Positions 25,900 to 39,447 of a DNA stretch of 64,000 nucleotides are shown piece after piece (the stretch's first letter is position 1; each line of letters starts with the position of its first letter). The translations under genes and the position numbers were made by a program. Source of the DNA: Octopus sinensis. Lineage: Eukaryota. The notes beneath the pieces were generated by a model. The model was not told where the DNA came from and made no database searches. It was given only the letters and a program-made list of their open reading frames with translations. The DNA lies in assembly GCF_006345805.1 (NCBI RefSeq), contig NC_043010.1, positions 30,628,001 through 30,692,000 on the forward strand. The letters are read 5' to 3'.

Positions 25900-26570
25900 T
25901 CTAGATTCGTAATCTCAGCAACAACTGAACACTCGTACGTCGTCTTTGACGGGAGACGCCATCATATATATGTAGCGAATCTTGCATGCACGATGTGGAT
26001 TCGATCCACCATAGCCAAATTTAAATCAACACTGCTAAAGAACTTTTCCCACGGCGGAACAATGGTTTTTCTCTGACAGCAGTTATTACATTTTCCAGAT
26101 GCCTTCAGCCAGCCAGAAATAATGTCTTCACCACTTGACCCTTTCTGACCTCTTCTACTTCACCAAAAGCTAGAATAGATAACGAGACCATCAACTAAAT
26201 CTATTGTTCTCAATAATATATCTATCCTTCTGGATCTTAATATAAGCAAGCACATCCCAAGCAAAAATCAGTTTAGTCATCAGCCAGGTCACAATCATCT
26301 GCGTACAAGAACTCAATGATGTGAGGATGAAGAACGTTCGTTTTGATTCAAAGTCTCTTGAGGTTGAAAAGGTTTCTCGCTGTCCAATATCTTATACAGA
26401 CCCCTTCAGCGCAATGTTCGAAAGTTACTTGAAAGTCTATTGCAAAATGCGGAGCAAACAATGTAGGAGCAGGAATATCACCTTGTTTTACACTATTTTC
26501 CACAGAAATTGGATCTGACAAGGTATCTCCAACATTAACTTTCACTTCCATTTCTCATGAAATTGTCTTA
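25900..26570 (-). mobile_element. RTE (BovB-like) LINE reverse transcriptase fragment
   Basis: The minus strand reads SDPISVENSVKQGDIPAPTLF, LFNLKRL and FLYADDCDL (RT motifs), with frameshifts. Confidence 0.8.
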
Positions 26571-26619
26571 GCAGTTCGCCAAACGTGATCGATAAAATGA
26601 CTTATGTTCCCGTAACTTA

Positions 26620-28064
26620 GCTGATCGGCAAGTGGGGCCTTAGAGTCAACCTAGCTAAAACCAAAGTTCTAATAAGTAGGAAGGTAGACAAACCACAACC
26701 CCCTTCAGGTTGATGGCCCTCTCGATCTGTAGAAAAGGCGTAGGTAGAAACTCTATAAGATGTATCCAGTGTAAACTATGGACACATAAGAGGTGCAGCA
26801 ATATCAAAGGAAGGCAAGACTAGGAAGATAGTTTTTGTATGTGGCAGATGCTCAGGAGCAATAAACGCTGAAAGTGTGCAGAGAACAACTGCTGCCACAT
26901 TCCAGGGAGAAAAACTAGAAGTAGTTGATAGCTTCCGTTACCTAGGTGACAAAGTCAGTTGCGGGGATGGGTGCGCTGAAAGTGTAGCTGCTAGAATAAA
27001 AATAGCTTGGGCAAAGTTCAGAAAGCTCCTATCTCTGCTGGTGACAAAAGGCCTCTTGCTCAGAGTAAAAGGTAGACTGTATGATGCATGTGTACGAACA
27101 ACCATGCTACATGGCAGTGAAACATGGGCCGTGACTGCCGAGGATATGCGTAAGCTTGCAAGGAACGAAGCCAGTATGCTCCGCTGGATGTGTAATGTCA
27201 GTGTGCATACTCGACAGACTGTAAGTGCCTTGAGAGAAAAGTTGGACCTAAGAAGCATCAGATGTGGTGTGCAAGAGAGACGACTGCACTGATATGGTCA
27301 TGTGGTGCGAATGGATGAGGACAGCCGTGTGAAAAAGTGTCACACTCTAGCGGTTGAGGGAAACTGTGGAAGAGGTAGACCCAAGATGACCTGGGATGAA
27401 GTGGTGAAGCACGACCTTCGAACATCAGTCCTCACCGAAGCAATGACTAGTGATCGAGACCTTTGGAAATATGCTGAGCTTGAAAAGACCCGGCAAGCCA
27501 AGTAAGACCATAACCCGTGGCCTATGCCAGTGATGTAACCAGCCCTCTTAGGCGTACCTTTCTTCCATTGGACACTAAACTCTGCTTGTGAAGATATTCA
27601 GGCAAGTGTAATCGAAATCAAGTTCGATGACAGCACCGCCTGACTGGCACTCGTGCTAGTGGAGCGCTAAGAGCACCATCCGAGCGTGAACGTTACAAGG
27701 GCCGCTAACTAGCCCCGTGTCGGTGGCACGTAAAAAGCACCATTCGAGTGTGATCGTTACCAGCGTCGCCTTACTAGCACTTGTGCCGGTGGTATGTGAA
27801 AAACAGCATTCGAGCAAGGGCGTTGCCAGTGCCGCTGGACTGGCTCCTGTGCAGGTGGCATGTAAAAAACACCATTTGAGCATGACCATTGCCAGTACAG
27901 CCTGATTGGCCTTCGTGCCGGTGGCACGTAAAAGCACCCACTACATTCTCGGAGTGGTTGGCGTTAGAAAGGGCATCAGATTGGAGCCTGGTGCAGCCAT
28001 CTGACTCACCAGTGCCCAGTCAAACCGTCCAACTGATGCTAGCATGGAAAGCGGACGTTAAACG

Positions 28065-28065
<1 letters not shown>
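26620..28065 (+). mobile_element. RTE-clade LINE, 3' portion (post-RT region plus 3' UTR with ~60-bp internal repeats)
   Basis: GLRVNLAKTKVL; EKLEVVDSFRYLGD...ARIKIAWAKFRKLL...KGRLYDACVRTTMLHGSETW; GHVVRMDEDSRVKKC...GRGRPKMTWDEVV. The tail ends ...GCATGGAAAGCGGACGTTAAACGA. Confidence 0.88.
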
Positions 28066-28123
<58 letters not shown>

Positions 28124-28618
28124 TGTTGTGTCTGGGGAGAGTCATTCTCTTTTAGTGCCTTATTATTTAACACACTCACCGGTAAAATTTCTACTTATTT
28201 CTTATTTTTATTTTCTAAAATTTTCGTTGCGTCTTGCAACCTTTTCAATAGTCTTGAGTCTCTCTATACACACACGCACGGACCGAACCAGCAACTAACC
28301 ACATGGTTGCAAAGCAAGCATCTTAACCACGCAACTATTGTCTGCACCAATATTAAAAGAATCCACAAATCAGCACTTTTCGTTTTATCCAGAATTATTA
28401 TTTTTTTTTAGAAACCCTACCTCCAGCTTCCTCATTTTTCAGATGAGTTTGTTTGTTTTTTTTTGCATTTGTGGTCATTTAAATATCCGATCATTAATCT
28501 TATTCCATTTTATATGCTTACTGAATTGAATTTTGCCTACATAGATGGCCGCACTTCTTAATTCTCTGGATTCTGAAAGTTTAGTGATTGTGTTAACTAC
28601 TAGATAACCTAAACAAAA

Positions 28619-28782
28619 CAGAGATAATATACATCCCCACTTAACCGTGGATGTTCTTTACTGCGGTAAAGAAATTTTCGTATAGACTTTTTGATGCAAA
28701 ACTCTCGTCTCATAGTAACTACTTAAGTAAAGTCTGTTCTAATAGAACATCCACGTTTAAGTGGAGATAAATATTACCTCTC
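28619..28782. mobile_element. Small MITE-like element
   Basis: Imperfect ~37-bp inverted repeats: ...CCACTTAACCGTGGATGTTCT (28637-28657) and AGAACATCCACGTTTAAGTGG... (28744-28764). Confidence 0.5.
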
Positions 28783-29706
28783 AGTATTAATAAGTACTGC
28801 CTCTGTCGCTAATACATATTTTCCACACAAAATAATCTCAACTTATTGAAATTTGCATGGTTTGTCGGACTTTACTAAGGGACATAACCGTGTAATTATT
28901 AGTTATTCAAACATTTAAATAATAAATTTTATACTACTTTTTAAAAGATTCTAGCAAATATTTGATAAATTTTGACAAAAACAGAAAAATGCAAAAGTTT
29001 TTTTTTTACTAACAAGGAAATTTTCTTTACCAAATATGATTTAAATAACTATGAGTCTTGACAATGTAGTTACGCAAATATATCACAAAATATAAGTTAA
29101 TTTAATAAACAAAATGTATGCTTTATATTCTAATATATATATTTCAGAAAGTACTGTTCTAGTTATATATCAAAACATCACGAAGACACTGAAAACTTAT
29201 TTGCCAATTTTTTTAAAGCCGCAATGACAAATCTTAAGATATAAAAGCATTTAGTTTCGTTTCGCTGAAAATATTTTCCGTGTTGACTTTTCATTTTGTA
29301 CTGTTCAACAAACTTTAACATTTGTATCTTAAACAATCGTAGAAGAAATGAAATTATGGTAATTTTAGAAAAATTTCTTCACTCTTTAAATAAATTTATC
29401 AAAGGTTTTGACAGATCTTTTCGCTTTGACCGGCAGATTTTTAAAATAATTTCTTTGTAACTAAATCGTTGTGAAACATTCTATATTTTACTTCAATTAT
29501 TTTTTTTGCTGTGCACAACCATTATTGTTACATATCTTATAAAATTATGTGAAACCACTTTCAATTATATATTAGTTGAACTTTAAATAATTTTATATTA
29601 CAGTTAAGTGGTTTTATTTTACTATGTATAGTATATAGTTTTAATTATAATTATTGTTTTCGTAAAAATCTCCGCTCCACTTTTTCATTAAAGTTAGAAA
29701 AGTAGG

Positions 29707-29718
29707 TGCGCATGCTCA
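29707..29718. promoter_or_regulatory. NRF1/ewg-like palindromic site upstream of TMEM127
   Basis: TGCGCATGCTCA has one mismatch to the NRF1 consensus TGCGCATGCGCA and lies ~240 bp upstream of the ATG, within otherwise very AT-rich sequence. Confidence 0.4.
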
Positions 29719-29956
29719 GAAGTAAAGAGATTAATTCTTGTTAGTCTTATGTAAAAACTTCTTAACTATTTCCTTAACTTGAAATTTCCTGGGCTTCATT
29801 TGACCATTTACCAACGAAAACGGATCGCTACCACCTCCCAGGTAACTCTGGAAATAACCAACAATTTTATTATCCATTGGGAGGGGGTTTTAAACAGGAA
29901 AATAATTACAACTAAAGCAAAAATAGGGCGTTTGAATTGCAGTTTGTTAACAAAAT

Positions 29957-31292
29957 ATGCCCGACTCTCCTCAAACGAGATCGAGTCGAAATAACAGAGG
30001 ACATCAAAGAGTTTGTCGTGTGTCCAGATCTAATCGTAGCGGGCGCTCTTCTCGCGTACAGCAGACTTCGTCGTCATCATCGTCTTCGTTGTCTTCTTGT
30101 TCGTCAAGTAATTCACCTTTGACCCATACTTCCAGTATAAACACACTCAGTGGTAACGCTGCTGCTTGTGGGGTCACCAGCTTCACCAACACTGGTTTAT
30201 CTCCGCCTCCACCGCCGTACTATCCAAATCATACCAACAGTTCTGTGGGTCTCGGAGGTTTCTGTCCTGTTTCATCCACTTCTGGCACTGCAGTGACCTT
30301 AAACGGTGTCGGTCCGGCCATTCAATTACCGCAGTACACTGTACATCCGTGTCATTACGCTCTGCCGCCCTACTCCAGCGCAATTGCCCTCACGCCTACC
30401 AACAACTCGGCCGTTACGTCGCACGTCACATCTAGACCATCGTCGAATTCCTCAGCTACAGCCACCATGACCACATCGCCTTTTTACGGGGGTGTAGGTG
30501 CACCCCCACCACCGCCGTCTTACACGGCTCTGCCGAGAGTCAGCAGTGGACATCACCACCACCGCCATCACACTAGTGCCAACGCGAACAGTAACAATAA
30601 CAACAACAGCAGCAACAGACACCACTATAGCGGTAGCGGTAATAATAACAGCAGCAATAACAACCACCATCATCATCACAACAACAACAATGCAATGAAC
30701 ACGGGTTCAAATGCTTCTACTGCTGTCACGTCCGCCAGTTCTGTTTCATCTTCAAGTACCACACTGAGTTTGGGTAACAGCGGAGGAGGCGGCGGTGGTG
30801 GTAGTAGTGGTGGTGGCGGTCATTCGTCGTCTTCTCTGGCATCTTTTTCTGTCGGTCACCATGGCTACCACCATTTGTCGTCGGCACCGTCGTCCACCGG
30901 GGGTGGTGGCGGCGGTGGTGGTCTCTTTTCATCGGCCGCTTCGGCTGCGGCGTTCATCTCTTCTGGGCACCATCACAACCATCGGCGACTGCTAAAGCAT
31001 CGCGAGCGTAACATACTTTCAGCTGTGGTCAGTATGCTTGTCATTGTGGTTTTGTGCACGGCCCTCGTTGAACCCAATTGGATTGCTGTGTCGGGAGGTG
31101 GCTGCAAGGAGAAACACCTCGGAGTTTACCAGTTCTTTTATCCCGGTTACTTCCTTGATCATCGGGCATCGTTACCAATGAACATAGAAAGCAACAGCCA
31201 GACTGCTGTCGAGGTCATGGTACCAAATGAAGAGAAATCCAGTAAAATGGTAACCGGATTTAGTTACAAATATGGACCGGGTAATGACGAAG
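29957..31292 (+). CDS. TMEM127: TMEM127 exon 1: long low-complexity N-terminus plus first TM segment
   Basis: ATG at 29957 opens an uninterrupted ORF. RERNILSAVVSMLVIVVLCTALVEPNWIAVSGGGC matches the recalled vertebrate TMEM127 motif (ERSLASAL...ALCTALAEPAWLHIHGGTC). Donor G|GTAATT is at 31293 (phase 1); a second phase-1 GT at 31281 is also possible. Confidence 0.9.
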
Positions 31293-34200
31293 GTAATTAT
31301 ATCAAATATTGTTTTCGTTATTATTAACTTTCAGTAGCAGAATCGTGAAAAAGTAACAAAATTGGTTGAGCATTTTTACTTAGGTCCGTGCCTTTACATT
31401 TTGAGTTCAGATCCCTCAAGTGTCAACTTTGATTTCATTTTTTTTTTTTTCGGAGTCCGATAAAATTAGCACCAATCAAATATGAAGTCGATAAAATTGA
31501 CCCCCCCCCCTTTTTTTGTCTCAATGTTTCTAGTCCTGTGTCTTTGTAAGAAATTATTTACGCTGTAACAATTATTCAATAAAGAAACGATTCTTAATTA
31601 TTGCTTTTTCCTAAAAGTTATCTAGGTTCCAGAATCCTTTTCGCAAAATGACAACTTTAAGTGACCGCAGAACAAATAAAATTTTGATATTTTCAGTTGT
31701 AGACATTTTATTTATTTTATTGCAAACATTAAAAGAAACAAAATTAACTTTTCATTATATTTTAAAATTGGAAAGAAATTTTTTTAGCTCCAGCTTTATA
31801 CTGTTAGAAAGCCTCTATTGACTGTAACCTTGACACAATAAATTTCTTGTGTTGAAAGTAGTGATGAGTTTGGCAGAAATAGAAAGAAAAATTAGTGTCG
31901 ACCTTCTAGTTTCTGTTTAAATCCAGTTATGGATTGTTTACACTTAGCATCGATAAAATAATACCAGTAATTTCTTAAGAGTCAGTTCAGTCGACTGTAT
32001 TATTTCCCCAACAACGTCTACTTAGGCTGAAGCTGGTTCTCGTCTCACTGAAGATGAAATGTAAAATTTACTGGTGCACTTCGCATAAGTTAAACTAAAT
32101 TCTAGTTTATTTCATTTATACTTCTGTTTAACTAGGTTATGAATGGCATACTTTCCAGGCCACTCAAAACATTAGTATAGATTTTCTAAGATCTTAAATT
32201 TTATGTTATTGACGGACAGCCTTCGATTTTTCTTTTATTCATAAGAGTTTTCAACCCAATATTCAGTAGATATTGTCTATAGTTTATCATCTACTTCGAG
32301 TTCCATTATTCCCATAAAGACTTGAATTGTATTTTTAATAATCGACGATGCACCGGTTTGGGAATCACTGCTCTTAGGGGGTCACTATTCTTGTTAGAAA
32401 TAAAGAGGCTGTTTTCCAAGAACTCACTGAAGTGGAGTTGTGTTTACCTAGAATTATATTTCTGCTTCAAAAATTTCTAGCCTTGTCTCTATAAGAAATT
32501 ATATCACACCAATGTGTTTGGAGAATTTATGAATGTCACAGACATTCCTTCGCTAAAAATCTGAGGTTTCATTATTTTGTAAGAAATTATTAAAGGGCAG
32601 CAAGCTGGCAGAATTATTATAGTGTTGGACAAGATACTTAGCAGCATTTGTTCTGACTCTTTACATTCTTAGTGCAAATCTCACCAAGATCAACTTTGCT
32701 TTTTTATCCTTATGGAGTGGGGGTTGATGCAATAACGTACCAGTCAAGTACTGGGGGTTGATGGTGTCAACTAACCTCCTCCACTTAAAGTTGCAGGCCT
32801 TGTGACTAAATTCGTAACATTATTATTGTTGGATGAGAGTGGTGAGTGATGAATTGGTAGTATACATAATATGCTGAGCAAAATGACTTGTAGTGTTAAG
32901 TTGCATCCTTTTTATGAATTCCCATTTTGCCAAAGTTGACTTTACCTTTTCCCCTTTTCTGGGTCACTGAGATGAGTACAAGACTAGAACTGGAGTTCTG
33001 TATAATCATCTCTTCCTTCAAGTTCCTCTTCGAGAGAAAGGTGCTGCCACCTAAGATGAAATGGCAAGCATACACCCTGAATGGATGAGCCTTCCCTCAG
33101 CATGCAGCTTTATGCTGGAGGTCACAGCTGAGAGTGGCACTTGCTCTTGGTAATCCAGCATTTGTAGGACCTTTGGATATTCCCAATTTACTGGAACAGC
33201 TTATTTCATTCAGTACTTGTTTTCCTTAGAACTCTCTTTATAAACTTCCTCCTCCCACAGACACACATTCTCTTTTTATAATTCATCCTTGTAATGTCAA
33301 CTATTCTTTTCTCTAATAATCAACTGTTCTTTTCCATAAGAGGTCTTGTTATCATCTTATGTTAGAATTGGCCTAGGTCATGCATCTAATAGAATGCCAG
33401 CTATACTTCCTTTAGCTCTTTACACTTTGCATTCATGTCCCACTGAGGTCAAATTTGCCTTTTACCCCACACCTTGGTCCATAAATAAAGTACTGGTCTG
33501 TCAACTTCAGTTGTTAGTATTGACTAACCTTTACCTTAAAAATCACTGGCCTTTTTTTATTAGGCCCTTCTCTGAGTGAACCAATTCTGTAAAGATAATT
33601 GTATAGAGATAAATATGCATAACATAATTCCCTTGTGATGTTGATTCTAATAGTTAGTGTAAAATACATACATGTAGTGATCACATGTAGAAAACATCTC
33701 TGAATGTTTACATTCATTAACTGTTTCACAAATATTCAGTCAAATATTTCATTTGATTATTGGAATGGGATAGAAGGAGCTCATCAAACACAGCCCTTCT
33801 TCAATGAATGAAGTCTCTGATTGAGTTAATGAGATTTTGTCAATCAGATTACAAGTCTCCATTTTTAGAAATAATAAAATTATTCCATTTTTAACATCAA
33901 CCTTTTTTCGCTATGGACCACCAAAATAAGTAATTTTTCCCTGAGGACCACCTCAAATTTTTAATTTATTATCAAAGAACTGCTATTCATAAATATTAGT
34001 ATCATTTTCACTTTGCAATGAAAGTTCCTTTTTCATCCTCGTATGGGACATTACAGAGAACAAATAACTGAGAACACCAATAACAAAACCAATTTGCAAA
34101 TGCACAATGTGGAGGGTAAATTCAGAAAATGTGAGGAGTGAAGTTGGGATCGGTACAAAAGGTTGTGTAAACATTTGAGGGAATATAACAAATTGAATTA

Positions 34201-35312
34201 ACTTTAAAATGTCAGTGACAAGTTGGGAAGTGAGCTTCTTACCTCACAGCCTCATCTGCATCTATTTTCTTTTTTTCATCTTTTTCAGCTAAGGTGGCCA
34301 ATACAATAAGAACTAGTAATATATTGAGGCCCTTTCATTCACCTTGACTGACTGACTCTTTTCATATAATTTCCTTTTGGATTTAATCAGTGTAAATCAA
34401 TAATTTGTGGTAAAACATTATTAACAGGAAACAAAAACAATGGTTGTTGATGAGATTTAGATCCAGGTCAGCTTTATTTGAGGAGACCTACAATCAAAGG
34501 TAGTCCATTCATGACCAGTTAGTCTTTATTGAAACAGCATATCCAGGACATTATTATCAAATATGTCACTCCTCTTTTGAGATGGTAGGGTGTCATTTGA
34601 ATGTGATTTTGGCACCATTTCTAGCAAATTGTGTGGCAACACAGAGATTTCTCTTGTCTCAATTAACAATAGTATGCAAATATGGTAATATGCCAACTGT
34701 GGCGGCAAGGTCAAAATTGTTAATTTTTAGTATGTCCATGATCAAGTTGCTTCTCTAATTAAATGATATGGTTATTCCTGTACATGTCTTCTTAGCCAAA
34801 GCAGAAATAGATTTCCCACTTATTTTATCTTCTGTAAAAATGGTCATCACACACATTAGTAATCTCTATAACCCTGGGGTCAGTAAGACTCACTGAAGAT
34901 GAACTAAGAGCTTTTCTCAAAGTTCAAAATCACGGTGATACGGGTATGTCTGGCTTTTTCAATTTTCAATTATTTTCGTCATTGGTTCAGGGCTTTGGAA
35001 TTTTTATTCATTTGCCCACTTTCACCTTAGTGGTTTGGTTATTTTGATTGCTATATTTAGCCTGCTGGTACTGCTTGTTAGTACCCTTAATTATTAATTG
35101 ATAAATTTTTACACATGCTAAACCACTGATATTATTATAAACAATAATATCCTCATATACATGTATATATAGCGTGTGTGTGTTTGTATGCATGTTTCTA
35201 TCTGTATGTTTATGTCTATGTATAGTTTCGTTTTTTGAATTTCACACCATTGGGGAAAGAGCCAGTTTCTAAACCAGAAACAAGACTCCTTCATTGAAAT
35301 GAACCAGGTAGT

Positions 35313-35353
<41 letters not shown>

Positions 35354-35983
35354 CCTTTAGACTAGTTTGAACCAATTTATGGCTCTAGCATATAAACTGT
35401 AATACAATTTGTAGTCTATCTTTATTTGAATTAGTGTGAATATTTATATATCTCTCTGCAGAAATATTATTGTAATGTGTATACCTGTACTTGTGGATCA
35501 TGTATTTTTGTTTTAAATTGTCCCACGATATGTATTTTGTTGTTTGTGATCTTAACTCTTTACTCTTTTCAGTCATTTGACTGTGGCCATGCTGGAGCAC
35601 CGGCTTTAGTTGAGCACATCGACCCCAGAATTTATTCTTTGTAAGCCTAGTACTTATTCTATCGGTTCCTTTTTGCTGAGCCGCTAAGTTATGGGGACGT
35701 AAACGCCAGCATCGGTTGTCAAGCGATGTTGGGTGGGTGGGGGTGGGGGGACAAACACAGACACAAACATATACACACATATACATATCTCACTATTTCA
35801 TTTACCAGTGCATTATTCTATAAATAAATCTTTATTTTTCCCACTGATTGTGAGAACATATATGTGTGCTTTTGCTACCATAGTAGGGCGTCTGTTTTAA
35901 TGACTAGTTTACAATCTATGGCAGCTGGCTTTTGTTCTGAATTCCAAAATTCAGAACACAACTGTCCCCCAAGGATTGTGTAG

Positions 35984-36030
<47 letters not shown>

Positions 36031-36033
<3 letters not shown>

Positions 36034-37211
36034 CAGGTCATTAAGAATGAAATGTCTGATTTTGAACTGAAAGTTTATTTTACTTTATCTCAACAAAAAG
36101 CAATGCAGTTAATCAAAGTATGCACTTAAATTATCAACACAATTTTGCCATTTTGTCTGCAGCAAAGAATTCTAGGGAGCAAGAGGTAACGAAATCACGA
36201 AAGGCTGTTTTTACATCTTCTTCAGATTTGAAGCTTTTTCCTTGCAAAAAATTGTCTAATGCCTATAAAACATGATAGTAGGTGCAAGGTCTGGTGAATA
36301 TGGTGGATGACAAAGTACTTCCAAGTTCAGTTCCTGTAACATGTGTAATGTTCTTTGTGCAACATGTGGTCGAGCATTGTCTTTTCAAGAAAATTGGCCT
36401 GTCTCTATTGACCAATCTTGGTTGTTTAATTGGAAATTCATCATTTCATTGCCAGTGAATGAATTGCAAGTTCATCGTTTCATCCAATTGGTTGATGTTT
36501 CCATCTGCTGTAATTGACTTACCAGGTCTCATGAAGCTGTAGTGGATAACACCAGCACTGGACCACCAAACAGACACCATTAGCTTTTTTTGGGGGGGTG
36601 AATATTCTTTTTTGGATTGTGTTTTGGCACTTCGTCTCTATCTAACCACCATGCACAATGCTTGCTATTGTTGAAAAGAATCCATTTTCCATCACATGTA
36701 ACAATTCGAGGCAAAAATGATTCGCTTTTATGCCATGACAGCAAAGAACAAGTTTCAAGACAATATGTCATTTGATGTTTGTTCAGTTTTAGTGGTACCC
36801 ACTTGTCCAGCTTCTTTACCTTACTGATGTGTTTCAGATGGTCCAATGCAGTTGGATCGAAATATCAAACCTTGCTGCCAACTCACACATAGTTTGAGAT
36901 GTATCTGCTTCCACTACAGTTTCAAGCTCATCATTATCCACCTTGGTCTCAGGTTTACCATAGGGCTGATTTTCAAGAGTAAAGTCACCTAACCAGAATT
37001 CATATTCATAAACACAAATTTTTGATCTATCCATGAATTCACAAAAATTTATTTACAAGAGAAAACTCACAATATAATTGCATTTCGAAAAGTGATGATG
37101 TAACTCTTTAATGTTGTAAAACAAAGAATTGTCGGGATAAAACATTAAAGTTGACGACTGTCAAACTTGGTGCATAAGAAAATTGGACATTTCATTCTTA
37201 ATGACCTGATA
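36031..37211 (-). mobile_element. Degenerate mariner (Tc1/mariner) transposon
   Basis: 26-bp TIRs: TATCAGGTCATTAAGAATGAAATGTC at 36031-36056 and its complement at 37186-37211, both in TA context. The broken minus-strand transposase retains WVP (KLDKWVPLKL), FLPRIVTCDGKWILFNN and HPPYSPDLAP motifs. Confidence 0.93.
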
Positions 37212-37227
37212 TATAGATATATATATA

Positions 37228-37487
37228 ACAAAAGGGACATTAGCCATTTGAATGTGGCTAGGGACAGGGCAGGGCGGTGGGGGTGTTACTGATGCATTTA
37301 GCCCCAGGCGATCATCAACGTCACCAGATAGGCTTGACGCCATCACGGTGTCCTCTATCCTGCAAACCGTGATGGTGTCAAGCCTATCTGGTGACGTTGA
37401 TGATCGCCTGGGGCTAAATGCATCAGTAACACCCCCACCGCCCTGCCCTGTCCCTAGCCACATTCAAATGGCTAATGTCCCTTTTGT
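37228..37487. mobile_element. Fold-back (palindromic) MITE-like element, ~260 bp, flanked by TA
   Basis: Arms at 37225-37349 and 37366-37490 are reverse complements at 124 of 125 positions, with a 16-nt loop. TA dinucleotides at 37226-37227 and 37488-37489 could be a target-site duplication. Confidence 0.65.
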
Positions 37488-37556
37488 TATGGAGCAGTTA
37501 CTGTCTATATCTTGTTTAGAGAATTATTATTGCTATATATATATATATGTATATAA

Positions 37557-37950
37557 GCACAGGCATGATTGTGTGTTAAAAAGCTTGCTTACCAACCACA
37601 TGGTTGCAGTTTCAGTCCCACTGCATGGTACCTTGGCCAAATGTCTTCTCCTATAGCCCTGAGCCTTCAGAGTGGATTTGATAGATGAAAACTGAAAAAC
37701 GCCCATCATATATGTGTGTGTGTGTGTGTGTTAGTGTCTGAGTTTGTCCTCCCCCACCACCACTTGACAACCAGTGTTGGTGTGTTTACATCCCTGTAAT
37801 TTAGTGGTTCAGCAAAAAGAAACTGATAGCATAAGTACTAGGCTTCAAAAAAATAAGTCATGGAGCCAATTTGTTTGACTAAAAACCTTTCAAGGTAGTG
37901 CCCCAGCATGCCCGCACACAAATGACTGAAACAAATAAAAGATGAAAGAT
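37557..37950 (+). mobile_element. tRNA-derived SINE, family 2 (related copies at ~35570-35790 -, ~38050-38490 +, ~42058-42415 +, ~46665-46940 +, ~40930-41170 -)
   Basis: Head ...CTTGCTTACCAACCACATGG...TTCAGTCCCACTGC, internal (TG)n, and tail ...CAAATGACTGAAACAA(G)TAAAAGA, shared among the copies. Confidence 0.75.
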
Positions 37951-38952
37951 ATGTTGATGGGAAAGTAATTTCACATCTTTTGTACAGTACCTGTGCTCAG
38001 AAGCATATAATATTGTATTTAGACAATAGAATAACATAAATAGTAATAGCACAGGTGTGGTTGTGTGGTACTTTGGACAGATGTCTTCTACTGTAGCTCT
38101 GGGCCAACAAAAGCCTTGTAAGTGAATTCAGTAGCTGGAACCTACATGCATACCCATTATATATATGTGTGGGTGTGTGCTTAATGAGTGTCTCCTGCTT
38201 CACAACTGGTGTTGGTTTGTTTATGTCACTGTAACTTTGTGGTTTTGCAAAAGAGACTGGTAGAATAAGTACCAGGCTTTAAAAAAAAACATAAATATGG
38301 GGGTTGATTTGTTTACCTTTCACTTGTTTCAGTCATTAAACTGCAGCCATACTGGGACACCAACTTGAAGAATTTTTAGTTGAATGAATCTAAAGGGTTT
38401 AGTCAAACCCTTGATGGGTTTGACTAAACCCTTCAAGCTGGTGCCCTTGCATGGCATGGCCATAGTCCAATAACTTGAACAAGTAAAAGATATTTTATTT
38501 CGAGTTTGTGTAACTTTTTCTCTTTTGTGTTTTGAATATTTGTTTAAATTTCACTGACACAAGATATTATTTATTGCATTCTTAAAACAATGTGTCCTGT
38601 ATTGCGTTGATAAAAGAGAACAAGAGTAAAACCTAGCTAAGACATGACTTTCTGTGGTTGTTTGACTAAACATGTTAGAGAAGATAAATCATAGCTTGTG
38701 GGCATTTACATTTTGACTTCAAATTCTGCCAAGGTCAAATATACCTTTCATCCATCTGGGAGATGAGTGGGGGTAGGGGTCAATAAATGTAAAGAGCCTG
38801 AATAAATACTACAAGGTATTTTGTTCAACATTGATGATTTTTGTCAATCCACCATCCTGGTATCTGTTATAATGAAAACTCATTAGTTTTCTGATCATCC
38901 CAAGCTGCTGGTAAGTTCTATATGGGTCTAGATACCTGGTAAGATTATATGT

Positions 38953-39039
<87 letters not shown>

Positions 39040-39447
39040 TACACAAACACACACACACACACAGAGTAATGAACCAGAAGAATGAGTACTCAATGCTAGA
39101 AAGATTGACAGTTCTTTTAGATCTTTTAAAGCTTTCATGTCAAAATGTCATTTGTATTTTTGAATTGTGATTGTAGAAAATATTGATCTCTGTCAATAGT
39201 TAACCTTAGGTAGCAAAGAAGTAATAAAAATTCTGTTAATAAGTGTACATGCATGCACAGACACACATATTTGTAATCCATGCAGTATTGATATTCCAGT
39301 TTTTTATTGATAGTGAAAATTCAGCTAAACTGTATGAATGCTCTTGTTCTCTGATATTCCTTCACAATCCTAGAATCTATCTTGTATCCTTGCAATGCTA
39401 ACAAACTCTCTCTCTCTCTTTCTCTCTTTCACACACAGTATTAGTAG

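Noticed and set aside
31281-31292. Alternative phase-1 donor in TMEM127 exon 1 (would remove 4 aa)
   Set aside because: It cannot be distinguished from the 31293 donor without transcripts, so it is noted in the feature evidence rather than claimed as an isoform.
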